Shown: positions 16,695 to 17,847 of the stretch, piece after piece
Layout: each line of letters begins with the position of its first letter
Numbering within the stretch: position 1 is the first letter of the stretch
Origin: Candidatus Zixiibacteriota bacterium
Lineage (GTDB): Bacteria > Zixibacteria > MSB-5A5 > CAIYYT01
Assembly (NCBI GenBank): GCA_040235515.1
Contig: JBECKX010000048.1
Coordinates: 1-17,847 of the forward strand
Direction: 5' to 3'
DNA length: 17,847 nt
Position numbers and translations under genes: made by a program
Notes under the pieces: model-generated
Database searches by the model: none
What the model saw: only the letters and a program-made list of their open reading frames with translations
What the model was told of the DNA's origin: nothing

Positions 16695-17816
16695 CTACTC
16701 TTCTGAGTTCGTTGCGGTGGAGTCCTCCGCCGTGGAGTCTGAGGCCGCACGGTAGTCAGGCTGAGAGAGAGCGTACTTGACGCGGTAGTTGCTGTCACCC
16801 GCCGATGGCAACTGCGTCAGGGATCCCAGCACGACCGGGTTGACGGTGGAAAAGCGCTTGATCGGATCGAAGTCACCGAGGAAAAGCAGTCCTGCCTCGG
16901 CGGATGTAACGATGAAAATCGGGAAACTGGTTGTGATATGCTCTCCGCGAGTCGCGAGCGGATGCTTACCGATGACCTGAAAATCGAGTGCGGTCAGCCC
17001 GTCACGCAGGATCATGAAACTGAGCGTATCCGTTAAGAAACGATAGTCCGGATTGACACCCACGCGATTACCCCACGACTCTGGCATCGAAATCACGCGC
17101 ACATTGGTTGAGTGCTCCACGACGAACTGCACTTCCTGGTAGAGATTCCGCTGACACTCGAGATTGACAATCATCAGGCAAGTGTCCCCCTTCTGTATCG
17201 GAGTCGGGAATTCGAAGCGGGCTGAGAAATCGCGGTTCGAAGGTTGATTCTTTAGCTCTCTGATCTTCGGAAACTCGAGTTGAAGGTTCTCGGCGGCCCG
17301 GAAGGGGTGGGGGGGTACCGTTGCCGCGCCACACTCTGTCGAAGTACCCGAGCAGATCGTTTTGCCATCCTCGTCGATCAACAGCATCAATCTCCCCATA
17401 GTCTGCCAATCCCGTTCGATCAGGCGCGTAAACAGAATCTCGAAGCCACCGACGTATTCTGGTGTAAAAGTAACCTCAAACTCCCTGGTCATCCCGGAAT
17501 CGATAGGTGTCTCCCAGGTCAGGCGTGCGGGCTCAAATTCTGGACCGCGTGGGCCGATGTTGACGAACTCGAATGTCTGAACCGTATCGAGATCTGCCAG
17601 CGCGGTGAGAGAGACTTTGATCCTGGCTGGTTTGCCATACTGCGGTTGCTGAACGAATTCCATCGAACCGGCGAATGGCTGCGACGGCTTAAAGCGATAG
17701 CGGCTGAAAAGTGGTTTAAAGACAGCCGGCTCCGCACTGACGATCTCCACGCTCAGCACAACTGCCGCAAGCGCCAGTATCACAGCGGATTTCAACAGGG
17801 ATTTTTTCGCAATCAT
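16695..17816 (-). CDS. Secreted hypothetical protein with two apparent beta-rich repeat domains
   Basis: 373-aa ORF with signal peptide (MIAKKSLLKSAVILALAAVVLSVEIVSA). GGAG occurs upstream on the minus strand. No family recognised. Confidence 0.75.
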   Translation of the reverse strand: MIAKKSLLKSAVILALAAVVLSVEIVSAEPAVFKPLFSRYRFKPSQPFAGSMEFVQQPQYGKPARIKVSLTALADLDTVQTFEFVNIGPRGPEFEPARLTWETPIDSGMTREFEVTFTPEYVGGFEILFTRLIERDWQTMGRLMLLIDEDGKTICSGTSTECGAATVPPHPFRAAENLQLEFPKIRELKNQPSNRDFSARFEFPTPIQKGDTCLMIVNLECQRNLYQEVQFVVEHSTNVRVISMPESWGNRVGVNPDYRFLTDTLSFMILRDGLTALDFQVIGKHPLATRGEHITTSFPIFIVTSAEAGLLFLGDFDPIKRFSTVNPVVLGSLTQLPSAGDSNYRVKYALSQPDYRAASDSTAEDSTATNSEE

Positions 17817-17847
17817 TGATCCAATTCACTCCAGACGTCGCTTGTCG

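Noticed and set aside
17280..17819. 179-aa plus-strand ORF and other short ORFs over the last gene
   Set aside because: Overlap the longer minus-strand ORF, which has a signal peptide and SD; no motifs.

Overview
Bacterial genomic window of moderately high GC, almost entirely + strand and densely coding. The exported proteins and lipoprotein suggest a diderm; an FCB-related lineage is a weak inference only. In order: 3' end of a YyaL/SPATA20-like gene; a complete F1Fo ATP synthase operon (atpZ-atpI-atpB-E-F-H-A-G-D-C, H+-type c subunit) with a sigma70-like promoter, structured intergenic regions and a terminator; a lipoprotein cyclophilin, dxr and rseP; a DtxR/MntR-regulated TroABCD/MntABCD-type metal ABC operon; and a convergent secreted hypothetical protein. 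Most notable is the metal operon. It encodes three DtxR-family domains: a stand-alone, probably leaderless and autoregulated repressor, plus DtxR-like C-terminal domains fused to BOTH permease subunits. No mobile elements, CRISPR arrays, tRNA or rRNA were seen.
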